Shown: piece after piece, positions 26,385 through 46,860 of the stretch
Numbering within the stretch: the first letter of the stretch is position 1
How the letters are laid out: each line of letters opens with the position of its first letter
From: the human T2T-CHM13v2.0 reference genome, Homo sapiens
DNA length: 64,000 nucleotides
Assembly (NCBI RefSeq): GCF_009914755.1
Contig: NC_060930.1
Direction: 5' to 3' (one strand)
Made by a program: the position numbers and the translations under genes
The notes under the pieces: generated by a model
What the model was told of the DNA's origin: nothing
Seen by the model: the letters and a program-made list of their open reading frames with translations, nothing else
Database searches by the model: none

Positions 26385-26510
26385 ATATCTTGTTTCACAG
26401 ATGAGAAATCTAACCTCAGGAAAGTTAATTGGCCAGCTAACAGAGCTAATCAGAATAGATTTGGGATTTAGACACAGCTTTTTTGACATTGAAATTTTAA
26501 CTCTTAGAAT
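26385..26510 (-). mobile_element. MIR (right half, split by MER52)
   Basis: tttcacagatgagaaatctaacctcaggaaagttaattgg. Confidence 0.65.
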
Positions 26511-28419
26511 CTGAAAATTTTAAAACAAAACAAGACAATAAATTATCTGTCAAAACCTTCATACCGTGAACTGAATTTTACAGAAGTCAAAAGATTTTTT
26601 TCTTGGACAGACTGCCAGCTAGGACTTAGGCCTCTTGACAATGAATCCATGTTATCACAAATTCTTTTTAGAGTATTTCCTTCAAAGGTAGGAAAGGTGG
26701 ATTTACAAGAGAGAGTGGACATGGTTTATGTTTTGGAAAGTGAAAGTAAGTGACATTTGTTCATTGGAGTTGTCCTTGTGTCTGTAAATTTTTAAGACTG
26801 GCTGAGTGTTGGCCCTTAGCAAAGTTCTGAAAAGGTCTATCTCTGCTACAAGAACACTACTCAGAACTAGTTGGATTGTTCAGAGCCCACACAAATGGTG
26901 AGGTAAAGATGGTACCACAGATGGTAAAGGTGGTTTTCATATAGAAAATGCTACTTCAAATATATATGACCCAAACTAATTTTAGTAAAGATAAAGCAAC
27001 TGTTAATGAAAATGCTCAATAATGATAAAACCAGAGTAAATCTTGACTTAAAACTAAGAAATTAAAATAAAACAAATATGAAACTTTCTAAACTTTTTAC
27101 TATCCCCATACTTTGAGAAAATACCCAGAAACAAATTTACATTTCAATATATAAAAAATAAATGCAAATAATTGGATAGGTTATTATTAGCTTCAGGGAA
27201 TATTTACTGTCATGCTGTAAAACTTAGGTAATAGGATTTTATAATAAAATGCTAACTTTAATTATAGCAAAGAGAGTAACAGCATAATAGTTAACATGTA
27301 AATCATATGCAATAGACTATTATTACGTAAAAATCAAGCTGAGTTTCCTTGCAAAAAAACCTGCATGTTTATTGAAAACAAATTTTAAAATATGATCAAG
27401 TCACTTTAGCCTCAAGATAGCCCAAGAGACTATCCTAGAGTTTTATGAAAATTAAAGGAAAAGATGTGGGCTTGATAATCTGTTTAAGTAAAATGTACGA
27501 CTCTAGTTTATAAACACATGTAAAACTGACCCAAGTATGGCTTAAGAAATAAAACATAAGTTACAAAACTGACTGAATATATAAGTGGTGGTGGGGGGGG
27601 TTTCAATCTTTTAGCTACAGTTATTTGTCTGGTTGATTGCCATCAATTAATACTGTAAAATAATTTTCCTTCTCTTTTTAAAATTTGCTTTACCCAGAAG
27701 TGACTTGCAAATTACTTGGGCTGGAAAAAAACAACAACGACAAAAACAAACAAACAAAAAAAACATGTTAGAGGCCTTCCTACATGGTTCCTGGAGTAAA
27801 TCCTTGACTTGGCACCATCTGGAACATCCAGTGTCAGCTCCAGGCTCTAGAGAGACTGATACTCAAAGTCAAGCAAGTTGCCTTTCTTGCTGTTCATTGA
27901 ATAACTTTCCATTGGCACTTAGCAAAATATATGAGAAAATAAAAGTCAGTTAAAGAATGCATTCAGAAATCTTCTGCCTTCTTTCCTTCAAACCCTTGTT
28001 TTACTCTGTTTTTTAGTCTCTTTATTATTGGTGGCTGTCTCAAATGGTCAATCGAGTTCTCTTTTTTGGTGCATCTCTAGCCAGAGATTCATAATATTTT
28101 CTGAGCTTTCAAATTAGAAAAAAACCCTGTGTTATCACAAGGGTGATTGTGATTAGGTAGTAACGTAAGTCTGTCGAACTCTTACTATGTGTCTATCAAT
28201 CACTGGGCTCTGGGTATTAACATATATTGGAAATTACATATAGAAGTATTAATCAATCTTGTTATTTTCTCTAATTCTATATGTAGTCCTCTGCTCTTAC
28301 AGTTGCAACGCATCTTAATAAAATTACAAGACATTTATTTTTTAAAGCAAAGTTAAACTTTTATTGTGTCTTGATGTTTTCAGCAGTCTCTCACCTTTAA
28401 AAAGGCCTGAAATAATAAC

Positions 28420-31071
28420 TGTCTTCTTCAACTCATTTTTAGCTTCTGCAATTTTTTTTCTTTCTCCCTTAGGTTCTAACTGCTGTTGTGGTCTGATGCT
28501 AAAAATGTTTTATCTTAAAGGTCTAAAGGAAATGTTTTCTTCCAACATAACATTCTGTGCTCTTGGCTTGAAATTGTTCTATGAATCTGAAAATTTTCAC
28601 TTATGACCCAGGAAACATTCCTCCTATGTTTAACTAACTCAAATACCCTTTTCCTTGGTTTTGATTTGCAGGTTAACTAAATGGACTCCCCATGGAGAAC
28701 AGCAATCACTGCATGTCTTTTCTTTTGCCTTTTGGTAACTGGCCTAACCATTTATCAGAATAATTCCTATGTCATTGTTATTAAGTTTTGATTTGTTTAA
28801 AAAAACTGAGATTAAAAAATTAATTAAGGTTATTATGTCCATGTAATTTTCTGTATTTGCTTTTAAAGTCCTCTGCCATTAAGTTATAGCACTTTGATTC
28901 CTGGGTTTAAAAAAAACAACAAATCCTGCTAAATCTTAAACACTGACTGTAGTTAAAGCCTCATCTTTAGACCCAATAAAAGATGCCAATCAAAATAAAC
29001 TGTGTTTGTGAGACACAGGGTCAGAATTTAAAACTATTCAAATCTTCAAGGCCCAGAGACTGTCATGAAAGAGGTGGGTGTGAGATTGTAAGGGCCAATT
29101 TTGAGACAAAATTAGTTCTGCTTTTAAATAAATTAACTTAATTTCAGAGGCACACTGATGCAAAACCAATATTTGGGCCCATGTGTCAGATTAACAAGGT
29201 TTTCTTGGAGCATTAACCCACTCCTTAATAAATAACTATAAAGATTATAAAAAGATTTATGGAAATCATATCTTATGACCAAGATGATTAAAATTTAATA
29301 GATTTTGTTTATAAAATTTTGAGAGATGGGTTTAATTGGCCTCATGGTGTCTTTATTATTAGGGATTATTGTTTGGGAAATAAAGCCTCCTCTCTCAAAG
29401 AATGAGATTTTTGCCTTTTTTTGAAATCTTTGAGTTATCACTTTGGCTAAATTAATGACTTATTTTACAATTACCTGTGATTCTACTTTGTGATATCAAG
29501 TGTTTTAAGCTATTTATATTTGACAAACTTTCCAAAATCAAACTCTAACTTTGGTTGTCATTAACTTTGATGTTAGGTCCCCTTGAAGTCCAAAAGAGAG
29601 ATATTTGGCTTGCTTGATATAATAAAATCATTGTCAAATAAAATCATTTTATTATAACAAAGCTGAATATGTTTCTTTTGGATTTCAGGCTATTGTATTG
29701 TCAAATATGAAATGGGGTTTAACCTTATTCGGATTATATTCATATAAATGTGTTATTAGTGTCTGTTCCAGGATTGCATGAGGTTCCTGTGATTCTAATA
29801 TATCTTAGCATACATTTTTAGTAGTAATTATGATTATTATATAAGATCTTTGTATGCCACAGAAGTAACAAAATTTCCTTGTGAATTGTGTTTTTAACCT
29901 TGACTGTTTTGAGACTCTTGTAATCCACAGTTGTTTTACTTTTCTCTTTTTCAATAAATGTTTTTATAATCAGCTATAGGACTCTGACAGATGCTCTTGA
30001 ATGCAGGTTTCTGATAACTTTGGAGATTGTGACCTGAGAATAGAGGAAAAACTTCCAAGACTCCCATAGAGAGCTAATGTGTTCATAAACATGAAGTAGA
30101 AGAGGAGTGAATTACATAGACTAAAACTAATGGAAGATTGAAATAATCTTTTTATGACTTTGTTTGAAATATTGGCAACTCTTGTTTCAGAGTCCAGAAA
30201 ACCCTTTGTCTGTGGGCTATTCACAGCTTTTAACAATTGGGTAAACTACAGTCAGGTGCACAAAATCTGAAGAATAATTCTCTCTACCATATTTCTTCAA
30301 AGTTTGAAAACTATCTGCAAGTATACTTAGTTTATTGCAGTACAGTTATTTACATAAGTTCAGTAAGGATCTGTTTTTTTTATTGACCTCAAAGCCCCTG
30401 AAGGACTTTAAGTTTAATGGCATACTTTCAGATATAAACACATTGCTTTATGGGATCTGAGTTGACTTACAGAGACAGTAAAAGCCCCTTGGGAAAGCTG
30501 CCCTCATATCTTTTCTACACAGCCCCTGTACAGGTTCCTGACCTGTGGTGAATAAAGAATATCACTTTCTGACCAGTACATGCTCCCCAAGTCATTTTGA
30601 GACTTTGCGGTGAGGAATTCATCCAATTAATACAGGTGTTTGCAGGCACAGGCTGGGCTCAAGGCACTAAAGTCTAATCTGAGATTCCTTATTAAATAAA
30701 GTTCCAGCAGAGCCATTAAAAAGAGCCTATATAGCAAATGATTATTCTTGCTGACTCTATGCAAATATTCAGGCCAAGTATGATAAGACTAACATTTATT
30801 TTAGACGTAACTTTGTCCTGTGATTTGTCATTAATGAAAACAGGGATTGGAGAGAGAAGAATTATATTTCAAAATAAACTATAGTACACCTATTATTAGA
30901 CTCTTGTCTTGCCTAATGTTTTTCATTTTTTATTATTTGCTACAGTTTATTTCCTTCTTTTATATCTTTTTCCCCATTTATCCATAATTGAAATTACTAA
31001 AACTTAAGATGTGCTTTTTAAAAACCCTGTGAACTGAAGCTGGAAAAACTTCTGAAGAAAATATTAGCAAC
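28420..31071 (+). mobile_element. MER4-group ERV internal sequence, 5' part (no 5' LTR seen)
   Basis: AT-rich non-coding MER4-int-like sequence (ggttctaactgctgttgtgg, cccctgtacaggttcctgacctgtgg) that resumes after the L1 at 37988. Confidence 0.75.
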
Positions 31072-31160
31072 TTTGGTGACTTTCTGGCAGACACTGCGGA
31101 CACTGTGAACAGCAGCTCAGGAAAACAATTCATGAGGCAAAAGTGTACATCCAGTGGATG

Positions 31161-31211
31161 GAGCATGGTGAAGTGGTTATGAGTCCAGACTCTGGAGCTA
31201 GACTGTTTGGG
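31161..31211 (+). mobile_element. MIR 5' head inside the non-L1 leader of the L1 insertion
   Basis: gagcatggtgaagtggttatgagtccagactctggagctagactgtttggg resembles MIR head (gtggttaagagc..ggactctggagccagactgcctggg). Confidence 0.75.
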
Positions 31212-31227
31212 AAAGAATTGTGTGTTT

Positions 31228-37987
<6,760 letters not shown>

Positions 37988-38324
37988 TAGCAACCTATTT
38001 ACATTCATAAACCATCTTTACACCTGCCTACTGATGTGTGGACTTCAGAATAATATGGCCTATATCTATTTTCTATAATTGTTCTTTACTTTTTGTTTAT
38101 TTGTTTGTTTGTTGTAGTTTTTCTCTCTTCCTCCTCCTATTGTTTCTTTTCAGGATGTGAGACTTTACAACCTGCTAAAAATGAGCTTCCCTAATAACAT
38201 GGGAAAAACCCATTTAGGGATAAACCATTCTATGCATGAGAGATCAGAAAAAAACCTGAGACCAGAGACTCAATTTCATCTAAAATGCTTTCTCTGAAAG
38301 ATTTTCAAAAGAAAAGATGGGAAA
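37988..38324 (+). mobile_element. MER4-int 3' end with polypurine tract
   Basis: cacctgcctactgatgtgtggacttcag...; PPT aaaagaaaagatgggaaa immediately before the TG of the LTR. Confidence 0.8.
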
Positions 38325-38951
38325 TGTGAAAGAAAAATAAATCTAGGGACTCCAAAAGCACTAATACAAAGGGAAAATCCAAGTTGGGAACTGAGTCAGG
38401 CAAACCTGCCTCCCATTTTATTCCAAAATAAGATAGCTACAAAAATAACAGAAAGTTACATACCTCCCTCACAATTTTCCCACAAGGAAATTCCTTGTGG
38501 ACAAAGGACCGACAGAACCCAAACTCATCCTGCTGCTCAACTGAGACAAATGCATATCTGATTACTTCCTTTAGCCTATTGTTTCACTAAGCCAGACTAA
38601 AGCATGTATGACTATGCCTCTACCCTTCTCTCACATGTAAATTGTATATTCAGTTAAGGGCTAATCAGAGACTCAAAAGAATGCAACCATTTATCTCTTA
38701 TCTCCCTATGACCTGGAAGCCTCCTACCTTGCTTTGAGTTGTCCTGCCTTTCCAGAACAAATCAGCATACATCTTGTATATACTGATTGATGTCTCATGT
38801 CTCCCTAAAATGTATAAAACCGAACTGTGCCCTGACCACTTTGGGCATATGTCATCAGGACTTCCTGAGGCATCACAGGTGTGTCCTTAACCTTGGCAAA
38901 ATAAATGTTCCCAGTTGATTGAGATCTGTCTCAGATATGTTTGGGTTCACA
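38325..38951 (+). mobile_element. MER4A-type 3' LTR
   Basis: tgtgaaagaaaaataaatctagggactcc...ggcaaacctgcctccc...ttggcaaaataaa...ttgggttcaca. Confidence 0.88.
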
Positions 38952-39189
38952 CCCAAAGGCCAATTTTCCTCCCTCCATCTTACAGAAAAGAAAAAAGAGG
39001 TTGAAAGAAACTGCCAATCTAAACTGAAGAAGGTTTTCTTTGGATACATAGATTTTTCCTTAAATAAAACTGGTCTGTGGAAATGAGGAAGAAAAAGAAA
39101 TGTGACAATTAAACAGGAATGAAGAAATGATTTGGGCAACCCCTGAGATAAAACTGTGGTGAATTGTGGACCCCTGTCTTCCAACCTAT

Positions 39190-39600
39190 TGATAGATGTA
39201 GGAGGCTGATAAGGGAACCTGCACAGGGGACTTGCCTAAACCTGACCATGGTGAAAAATTCTATCCCTTCACACCATGCACAGTGAGGGAAATAAATCAA
39301 TATGGACTGGCTCAAACTAACAGCCTGCATGCACACTGGAAGAATGGGGTGGAGTCACCAGGAATTCACACCTTATGTAGGGGTAGGAGCCTGGTCTCTT
39401 CAGCTCATGTGTGGTGGTCTGGTATTCAGTCTGTGAGGTGGGAACATGTTGGCAGGACAGCCTCTTTTTTTGTTAAGAGCTTTCTTTTAATACATTCTGC
39501 TCTCCTCACTTTTCCATGTGTCCGCTTGCCTAATTTTCCTGATCATGAGACAAGAACACAGATTTTAGCTGAGCTAAGGAGCAAAAAAAATCCTGCATTA
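39190..39600 (+). mobile_element. MER61-family (ERV1) solo LTR
   Basis: tgatagatgtaggaggctgataaggg...gaatggggtggagtcacc...gagctaaggagcaaaaaaaatcctgcatta; perfect 4-bp TSD ctat. Confidence 0.75.
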
Positions 39601-39791
39601 CTATCAACAGTGAACACCTGATCTTCAAGAGTCCTGGACACTTGTAAGCTTCCCCTGAAGAGACCTGGAGGGAATTTGGACATCCTGATGAAAACAAGGG
39701 TGAAGGAAGAACCTCATTCCTACCAAATTAGCACTAAATTACACTAGTGAGGTATTTTCCTGTGAGCAGAGGCAGCAATCGAACCCATTAT

Positions 39792-40856
39792 TGTTGCGGG
39801 AAGTCAGGGACCCCAAATGGAGGGACCGGCTGAAGCCATGGCAGAAGAACGTGGATTGTGAAGATTTCATGGACATTTATTAGTTCCCCAAATTAATAAT
39901 TTTATAATTTCTTATGCCTGTCTTTACTGCAATCTCTAAACAAATTGTGAAGATTTCATGGACACTTATCACTTCCCCAATCAATACCCTTGTGATTTCC
40001 TATGCCTGTCTTTAGTTTAATCTCTTAATCCTGTCAGCTGAGGAAGATGTATGTCACCTCAGGACCATGTGATAATTGCGTTAACTGCACAAATTGTAGA
40101 GCACGTGTGTTTGAACAAATATGAAATCTAGGCACCTTGAAAAAAGAACAGGATAACAGCAATTGTTCAGGGAATAAGAGAGATAAACTCTGACTGCTGG
40201 TGACCCAGGCGGAACAGAGCCATATTTCTCTTCTTTCAAAAGCAAATGGGAGAAATATCGCTGAATTATTTTTCTCAGCAAGGAATATCCCTGGGAAAGA
40301 GAATACACGCCTGGGAGTATAGGCCTATAGATGGCCCCCGTTAAGTGAGCCCGTCTTCTATGGTCGAGGCTGTAGGGGTGAAATAGACCCCAGTCTCCCA
40401 TAGCACTCCCAGGCTTATTAGGAAGATGAAATTCCTGCCTAATAAATTTTTGGTCGGACTGGTTTCTCTCAAAACCCTGTCTCCTGATAAGATGTTATCA
40501 ATGACAATGGTGCCCGAAACTTCATTAGCAATTTTAATTTCAGCCTGGTCCTGTGGTCCTGTGATCTTGCCCTGCCTCCATTTGCCTTGTGACATTCTAT
40601 TACCTTGTAAAGTACTTGATGTCTGTGACCCACACCTATTCGCACACTCCCTCCCCTTTTGAAAATCCCTAATAAAAACTTGCTGGTTTTTGCAGCTTGT
40701 GGGGCATCACAGAACCTACCGACATGTGATGTCTCCCCCGGATGCCCAGCTTTAAAATTTCTCTCTTTGTACTCTGTCCCTTTATTTCTCAGGCCGGCTG
40801 ATGCTTAAGGAAAATAGAAAAGAACCTATGTGAACATCAGGGCGGGTTCCCTGATA
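39792..40856 (+). mobile_element. MER11 solo LTR (HERV-K11/HML-8)
   Basis: tgttgcgggaagtcagggacccc...tgtgaagatttcatggac (x2)...ggttccctgata; perfect 6-bp TSD cattat at 39786-39791 and 40857-40862. Confidence 0.95.
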
Positions 40857-40862
40857 CATTAT

Positions 40863-41000
40863 GGCTACATATTAGTTAAGAAAATGGGGCACAGAGAGAT
40901 TAAGTAACATATACAACATCAATGATCCAGTCATTTTTGGAGCTGAGATACAAACCCATAAATCTGGTTTCAGAAATTTCATTTATCATAACATTTTACT
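40863..41000 (-). mobile_element. MIR adjacent to (probably split by) MER11
   Basis: gaaaatggggcacagagagattaagtaac...gagctgagatacaaaccc. Confidence 0.6.
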
Positions 41001-42019
41001 GCTTTCAAATATCCACTGCAAAATAATTCAGGATAAGGATTTATCAATATGGTGATATCCACTTGCTTCTAAATTGTGTGTCTTCTCAGAGTGTAATGTT
41101 GGACTTTATTTTGTCTTTTATTGTATGCTTATTTTCCTCATAGGGAGATCTAGGCCAAGGACACATCTGAAAATTATAACTCACCAAATCCTGTGCAGAC
41201 TTGGCTTTATAATGTCAGTATCACTTGCAGTTTTTCACATTTCAGATTTGTAGGAAACCTAATACAATTTAGATAAATGGGATTTTAATTAACAAAATCT
41301 AATTTTCAACCAAAGGGAGGGTACTTCAACATTAAAATTGGCTGTATAATAAATCTGGCTTTTCAAATATCAGCTATGCCCAACTGCCTGCATTTCTGAT
41401 AACCATGCTGTGGTTTCCAAGGAGTCTATGAATCTGGTTTCCTGGTTATCAATTATTTAAGTAAGATTTGCACAAGAACAGAAGAATTTTAGTTTATATA
41501 ATCAATTCAGGTTACCTTATAAAAGACATAAAATTTGGCATAAAAACCCATGTATAGTATTATGCTTCAAGCATTATGGACCTAAGAGTTTGAAAGTATG
41601 CCATGTACAAACCAATCTGTCCTTTCTCACCTTCCTCACCATGATAGTCTCAAAAAATAAACCTAAAATTTCAGGGGTCCTCAAGTTTACCAGAGACCCA
41701 GAGATATCGACATCCTGAGGGAGACATAACAGACTGATACTCCAGGGCTGATTACACCAAGATGAGGTTTGGTCCTGGCAGTTACCAGAATATGGGAAGG
41801 AGAAAAAAATGTTACCAGAGTTTTGATCTTGCTCAGTTCAGGCTAGCTTGGAGCAGAAGACAGCCTGTCTTTAATCCGGTTCAATCCCTAGGAGTTATGC
41901 ACTTGGCAAAAATGTCTTGAAAAACAAGGCTCATCTTGACAAAAACAACAAAAATCCCCCAGAAAACAACCAAACAAAAAAAATTGTATTGATGTATAAC
42001 TGACATAAAAAGTATATTC

Positions 42020-44680
42020 TAAATATAAAATAAAAATTATAAAATTATAAAAGAAAATATATGGGAAAATCTATGTGACCCTAAGTTTGATGGTTAATTT
42101 TTAGCTGTAACATGAAAATAATGAATCATAAAATTAAAAAATTGATGTTTTGGACTTGATTAAAAGTTTAAAAGTTCTTTGTGAAAGACATTGTTGACAG
42201 AATTAAAGATGAAGACATAGACTAGGATAAAATATATGCAAAACATATACATGAAAAATAGACTTAGAGCTAAATTTTCAAATAACTCTTAAAGCTAAAA
42301 TATAAGTTAATGAAGTTATGGGCAAAAGATCTGAACAGACACCTTATCAAAAATGTATACAGATAGGAAATATATGAAAAGATGCTCAATATTTTTAGAA
42401 AAATCCAAATTAACATCAAGAATTGGGAAACCCAAATTAAAACAACAATGAAATATCACATATTTCATTCGATATTTAGCCATTAGAATAGCTAAAATCT
42501 AAAAAAGTGAAATTCCAAATGCTGGAGGGTTGTAGATCAATAGGAATTCTCATTAATAACTGGTGGGAATGCAACATGGTGTAGCCATGTTGGAAAATTG
42601 GCAGTTTCTTACAAAGCTGAACATAATTTTAACATACAATTCAGCAATCAGACTCCTTTAAGTTTACCTAAGTGATTTAAAAATATATATCCACACAAAT
42701 ACCTGGGCATAAATATCTATAGCAACCTTATTCCTAACCACTCAAAACTGGAAGCAACCCAGATGTCCTTCAATAAGCAAATGGATAAACAAACTATTTT
42801 ATATTGTTACAATGGAATACTAATCAACTATAAAGGGCATAAGCTATTAAGCCACACAAAGACATGGATGGATCTTAAATACATATTACTAAGTGAAAGA
42901 GACCTGCCTAAAAAAGGCAACATACTGTATTATTCGAATTGTATGACATTCTGCACAGGATAAACTATATAAACAGTAAGAAGATTAGTGGTTACCAGGA
43001 GTTGGATGGTGGTGGAAGAGAGCTGAATCTTTGAAGAACAGGGGATGAAAATGTTTAGGGAGGTGATGCTATTCCATTTTATACTGAAATGATGGATATA
43101 TGAAACTATGCAATTGTTTCAACCCATATAATTTTATAGCACAGATTAAGTCTTTACCTATGCAAAATTTAAAAATAAAAAGTAATGACAAAAAAGTAAT
43201 GACTTTTGCACCAACCTAATGAAAAGATTACAAGATATAATGAAGAAGGTAACAAAATAATCTAATTATTACTAATACATAAAATAACTTTACTGAAGAG
43301 GGTAGGGTGAAAAGTTGCTGACTTAAGCAATTTTGGAAATGAGTGTAGGAAGACTAAAAGCAAAGAAGCTGCACATCAACACTGTACTCTAGTTAAGAAA
43401 GTTATTTCATATGGTAGATTAGGTTAAGAATTATTATAATGCTTTACATCTATACTGAAATTGAATGATTAAATTAATGAATGGCATATAATGACAATTA
43501 GATTTCTCATTGTTGGGATGGGAGACAACAGATAAGCAAGAGGAGGAATCCAAAAGTATCCACCTGATAATTGGAGTTTGAGACATCTGTGTGAATTCAT
43601 ATTTAACTTAATATAGACAGAAGTAGTGACATATAGAAATATTCATGTATACCTGTAAATATATTGGCTAGTACAAACACATACATATTTTCTTGTCCTA
43701 AAAGCTGAGAGAACCTAAAATCATGATAGTCTAGTAGCAATGATCACACCTACCGTCCGATTTTGGTTTCTAATACAATTCTTCAATAGAGGGAACCATC
43801 TGCTTTTTGAAGAAATACGTAACTATCTAGGCCTGAGGCAGGACTTATACAAGATGATCCTGGAGCATGTTGTAGTGCCAGAAAGACAAAAAGTGCTTTC
43901 CAAAAAGTAATGGGGGGTGTGTTAAAGGGACACAGGAACTAGCTGAAATAGTTCCCACTGAGCAAAGCTTGAATAATTTGAATTTTTTTGAAAGTAATAT
44001 TGAACTCAATCCAAACTTAATATAATTCAAATTTATATAAATAAATAATGAAAAATGTAAGTAAATGGAGGAAAATAGACAAATTCCCTATGCAGAGGAA
44101 TTCCAAGTAATTTATGCAGATATTCTGCACTCATGTAGATACTTCCTGATCCTTAAATGTGGGTTATAGACAGTGACTTTATTCTGTAGATTACTGTATG
44201 AAAAGGGAGGAAAAAAAGAGGTGAATTTATGATGCAGAAACCTCACAATCATATCTTTAGGCCGGTGCAGAAGGACAACATTAATAATGATAAGTAATGT
44301 GGATGATAGTATGTATTCTTGATATGGTGTGACGAGAATGGCACTTCCACCCCAAAATCCAAAACCTTAATATAATCATGAGAAAAACATAAGATAAATA
44401 CTTAATGTGGACATTCTACAAAATACCTGACCAGTATTCTTCAAACTGTCAAGGTCATCAAAACCAAGAAAAATCTGAAAAACTGTCACAGCCAAGAGGA
44501 GCCTAAAAAGACATGACATCTAAATGCAATGAGGAAACTCAGAATCCTCCAAAAAAAAAAGGTAAAAAATAGCAAAATCTGAATATATCAATTACAACAA
44601 AACTAAGATGTTAATATGGGGTGTGGGCTCTATGAAGTATCTGTACTATCTTTGCAATCCTTCTGCAAATCTCTTCCTTA
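42020..44680 (+). mobile_element. L1MC3-like ORF2 end and long 3' UTR
   Basis: gggcaaaagatctgaacagacac, ctggaagcaacccagatgtccttc, ggaaatgagtgtaggaagactaaaagcaaag, ctgtcacagccaagaggagcctaa. Confidence 0.85.
43178..43220. mobile_element. Half MADE1 (mariner MITE)
   Basis: aaagtaatgacaaaaaagtaatgacttttgcaccaacctaat = one MADE1 terminal inverted repeat. Confidence 0.8.
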
Positions 44681-44770
44681 GTGTCAGACATAGCATGATT
44701 GGTCAATTTCCTTTGCAGTATTTATTTAAATACTGTTAAGTACTGTTGTAAATGAGTGTGTTTGCATGTT

Positions 44771-45310
44771 TGAGATGGTTAATTTTATGTGGCAACTTGA
44801 CTGAACTAAGGAATGCCCAGATAGTTAGTAAAACATTATTTCTGGGAGTGCCTATGAGGATGTTTCTGGAAGAGAATAGAATTTGAATTAGTAGACTGCG
44901 TAAAGAGATCCATCCTCACCACCGTGAATGGGCACCATCAATCTGTTGAGGGTCCAAAAAGGCCAAAAAGTAGGAAGAAGGGCAAATTCTCTCTCTTCTG
45001 GAGCTAGTATATCTATCTTTTCCTACCCTCAAACATAGGAGCTCCAGATTCTTGCCAGCCTTTAGATGCTGAGGCTTACACCAATGTCCCCTGCCACCAC
45101 CTTTTCTCCATCCCCACTTTCCAAGTTCTCAGGCCTTCTGACTCAGACTGGGAGCTATGACTTCATCTTCCCTGGTTATCAGCCCTTGGGACTTAGAATG
45201 AATGACACGATGGGCTTTCCTGGTCCTTCAGCTTACAGATGGCAGCTAATGGGACTTCTTGACCTCCATAGTTGCCTAAGCCAATTTTCATAAACTCTCT
45301 CTCTCTCTCT

Positions 45311-45348
<38 letters not shown>

Positions 45349-45419
45349 ATATCTCCACACTCGTATCTCCTATTGGTTCTGCTTCTTTCTTTGGAGAACA
45401 GAGGCCATTCACTAATACA
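44771..45419 (+). mobile_element. MLT2B-type ERVL solo LTR with internal (CT)n(CA)n at 45295-45346
   Basis: tgagatggttaattttatgtggcaacttgactg...aaacattatttctggg...cctattggttctg...actaataca. Confidence 0.9.
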
Positions 45420-46029
45420 GTGTGTGTCTAGAATTTCAAAATTTATACACTATAACTCAGATGTATAAAATATGTAATCTTGTTTTCTATTACTGATTTT
45501 AACCTTACTATCCATCCAATCTTAATTTCAAGACTCTGGAAAAATGAAAACAAATCTTAAACTTAGCATAATGAGTTGCTTCTGGTTTCATTTTTTTTCT
45601 GTAGAAAAAAATCTTTTGGAAAACAATCCAATCTTTTCATGAGTTAAGCTTAGGAAATGCTAGCATCTCCCCACCTTCCTCCTTTTTCCTGAGGAATCCC
45701 CCATGTCATTATGATGTGATGCTCCAAGAACATTAACTCCCACACCCTAGAAGTTTTTCTTAGCCATTTTTAATGATCATGTGATCAGAGTCAGTTTCCT
45801 CAGGGGCTGTACTGAAGGAGGAATTTTAAATTGTTCCTTTCTACATGAAATAAGCAAAAAGTATCCACTCCCACTCTCCTTCCTCCCTGCCTACATGCCC
45901 TGCCTAGCAGAGTCCCTAATTTTTCAAATGATTGGCAGAGATACAGGCACCTCTCATCTCATTAAATAAAGCTATGTTATCTTCTTTACATTTATTTTAT
46001 TTATTTTCTTTTTTTATTTTTTAATCCAT

Positions 46030-46860
46030 CCTGCATAATTGCTAATGCTTATTGAGTGCTTGTTGTTCTGGACCGGTTCTGCGCATTTAATCTTCACACA
46101 GTGTTATGAAGTTGGTCCTTTTATCATTTTCATTTTACTGAGGCACAGTGAGGTCAAGTCTTTTGTCACTATAGTGAGCAGTGGAGAGATTATTCAAAGC
46201 CAGACAGTCTGACTTCAAAGCCCATGCTTCCCCTACAATGCTATACTGTTTCTTGTTAGTTTATTGAGCGAAATGGATTGAATATTACTGTTATGGGATA
46301 AGCATTACAGACATAGTAATGCATGCAAAAGAGAAAGTCCCTGTTTTCATTGGCCTGGTTGGGGGAGAAGAGGGAAGTACAGAGACTAGGAAAGCTGATA
46401 ATAAACAGATAAGTGATAAAACAATAAACAACGTCATAATGTAAAAAGTGCTATGAAAGAAATTATTGAGTATAGTTCTACTAGATATGGTGGTCAGGGA
46501 AGAATTATCTTAAGAAAGTAACACTGAGCTGTTACTTAAAGAATAATACTGACTCAGACATGCAAAAAGATAGGAGAAGAGCATTCCAGATACAGGGAGA
46601 AGTCCTGGAAATAAAAAGGGTTTTCAGTGTTAAAGAATGTCAGGTTGTGTGACTAGTGGAGTAATCAGAGTGAGAATGCTGTGAAAGGTGGGAGTGGCAA
46701 GTAAATGTCAGATCATGCAGGGCTGTGAGTTCAGGGTAAAGAGGGAAACTGATTCTGACATGGCCTTGTTTTAAGCAGGGTTATGACATGATCTGATATA
46801 TATTTAAAAATTATTTTGGCTACTGTGTGTGGGAGATTTATTTCAAGAAAATCAAATGAG
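46030..46860 (-). mobile_element. MIR (about 46030-46250) followed by L2 3' region (about 46255-46860)
   Basis: ttattgagtgct...actgaggcacagtgaggtcaag; tggtcagggaag...cagatcatgcagggc...ttttaagcaggg...catgatctga. Confidence 0.7.

Noticed and set aside
24389-26404. 147-209 aa ORFs and GC-rich island
   Set aside because: They lie within the GC-rich MER52 LTR, where stop codons are scarce; no protein similarity recognised.
41674-41766. Exon-like segment tttcag|...|gtttgg on the + strand
   Set aside because: Stops in all three frames, weak donor, and opposite to the inferred host strand.
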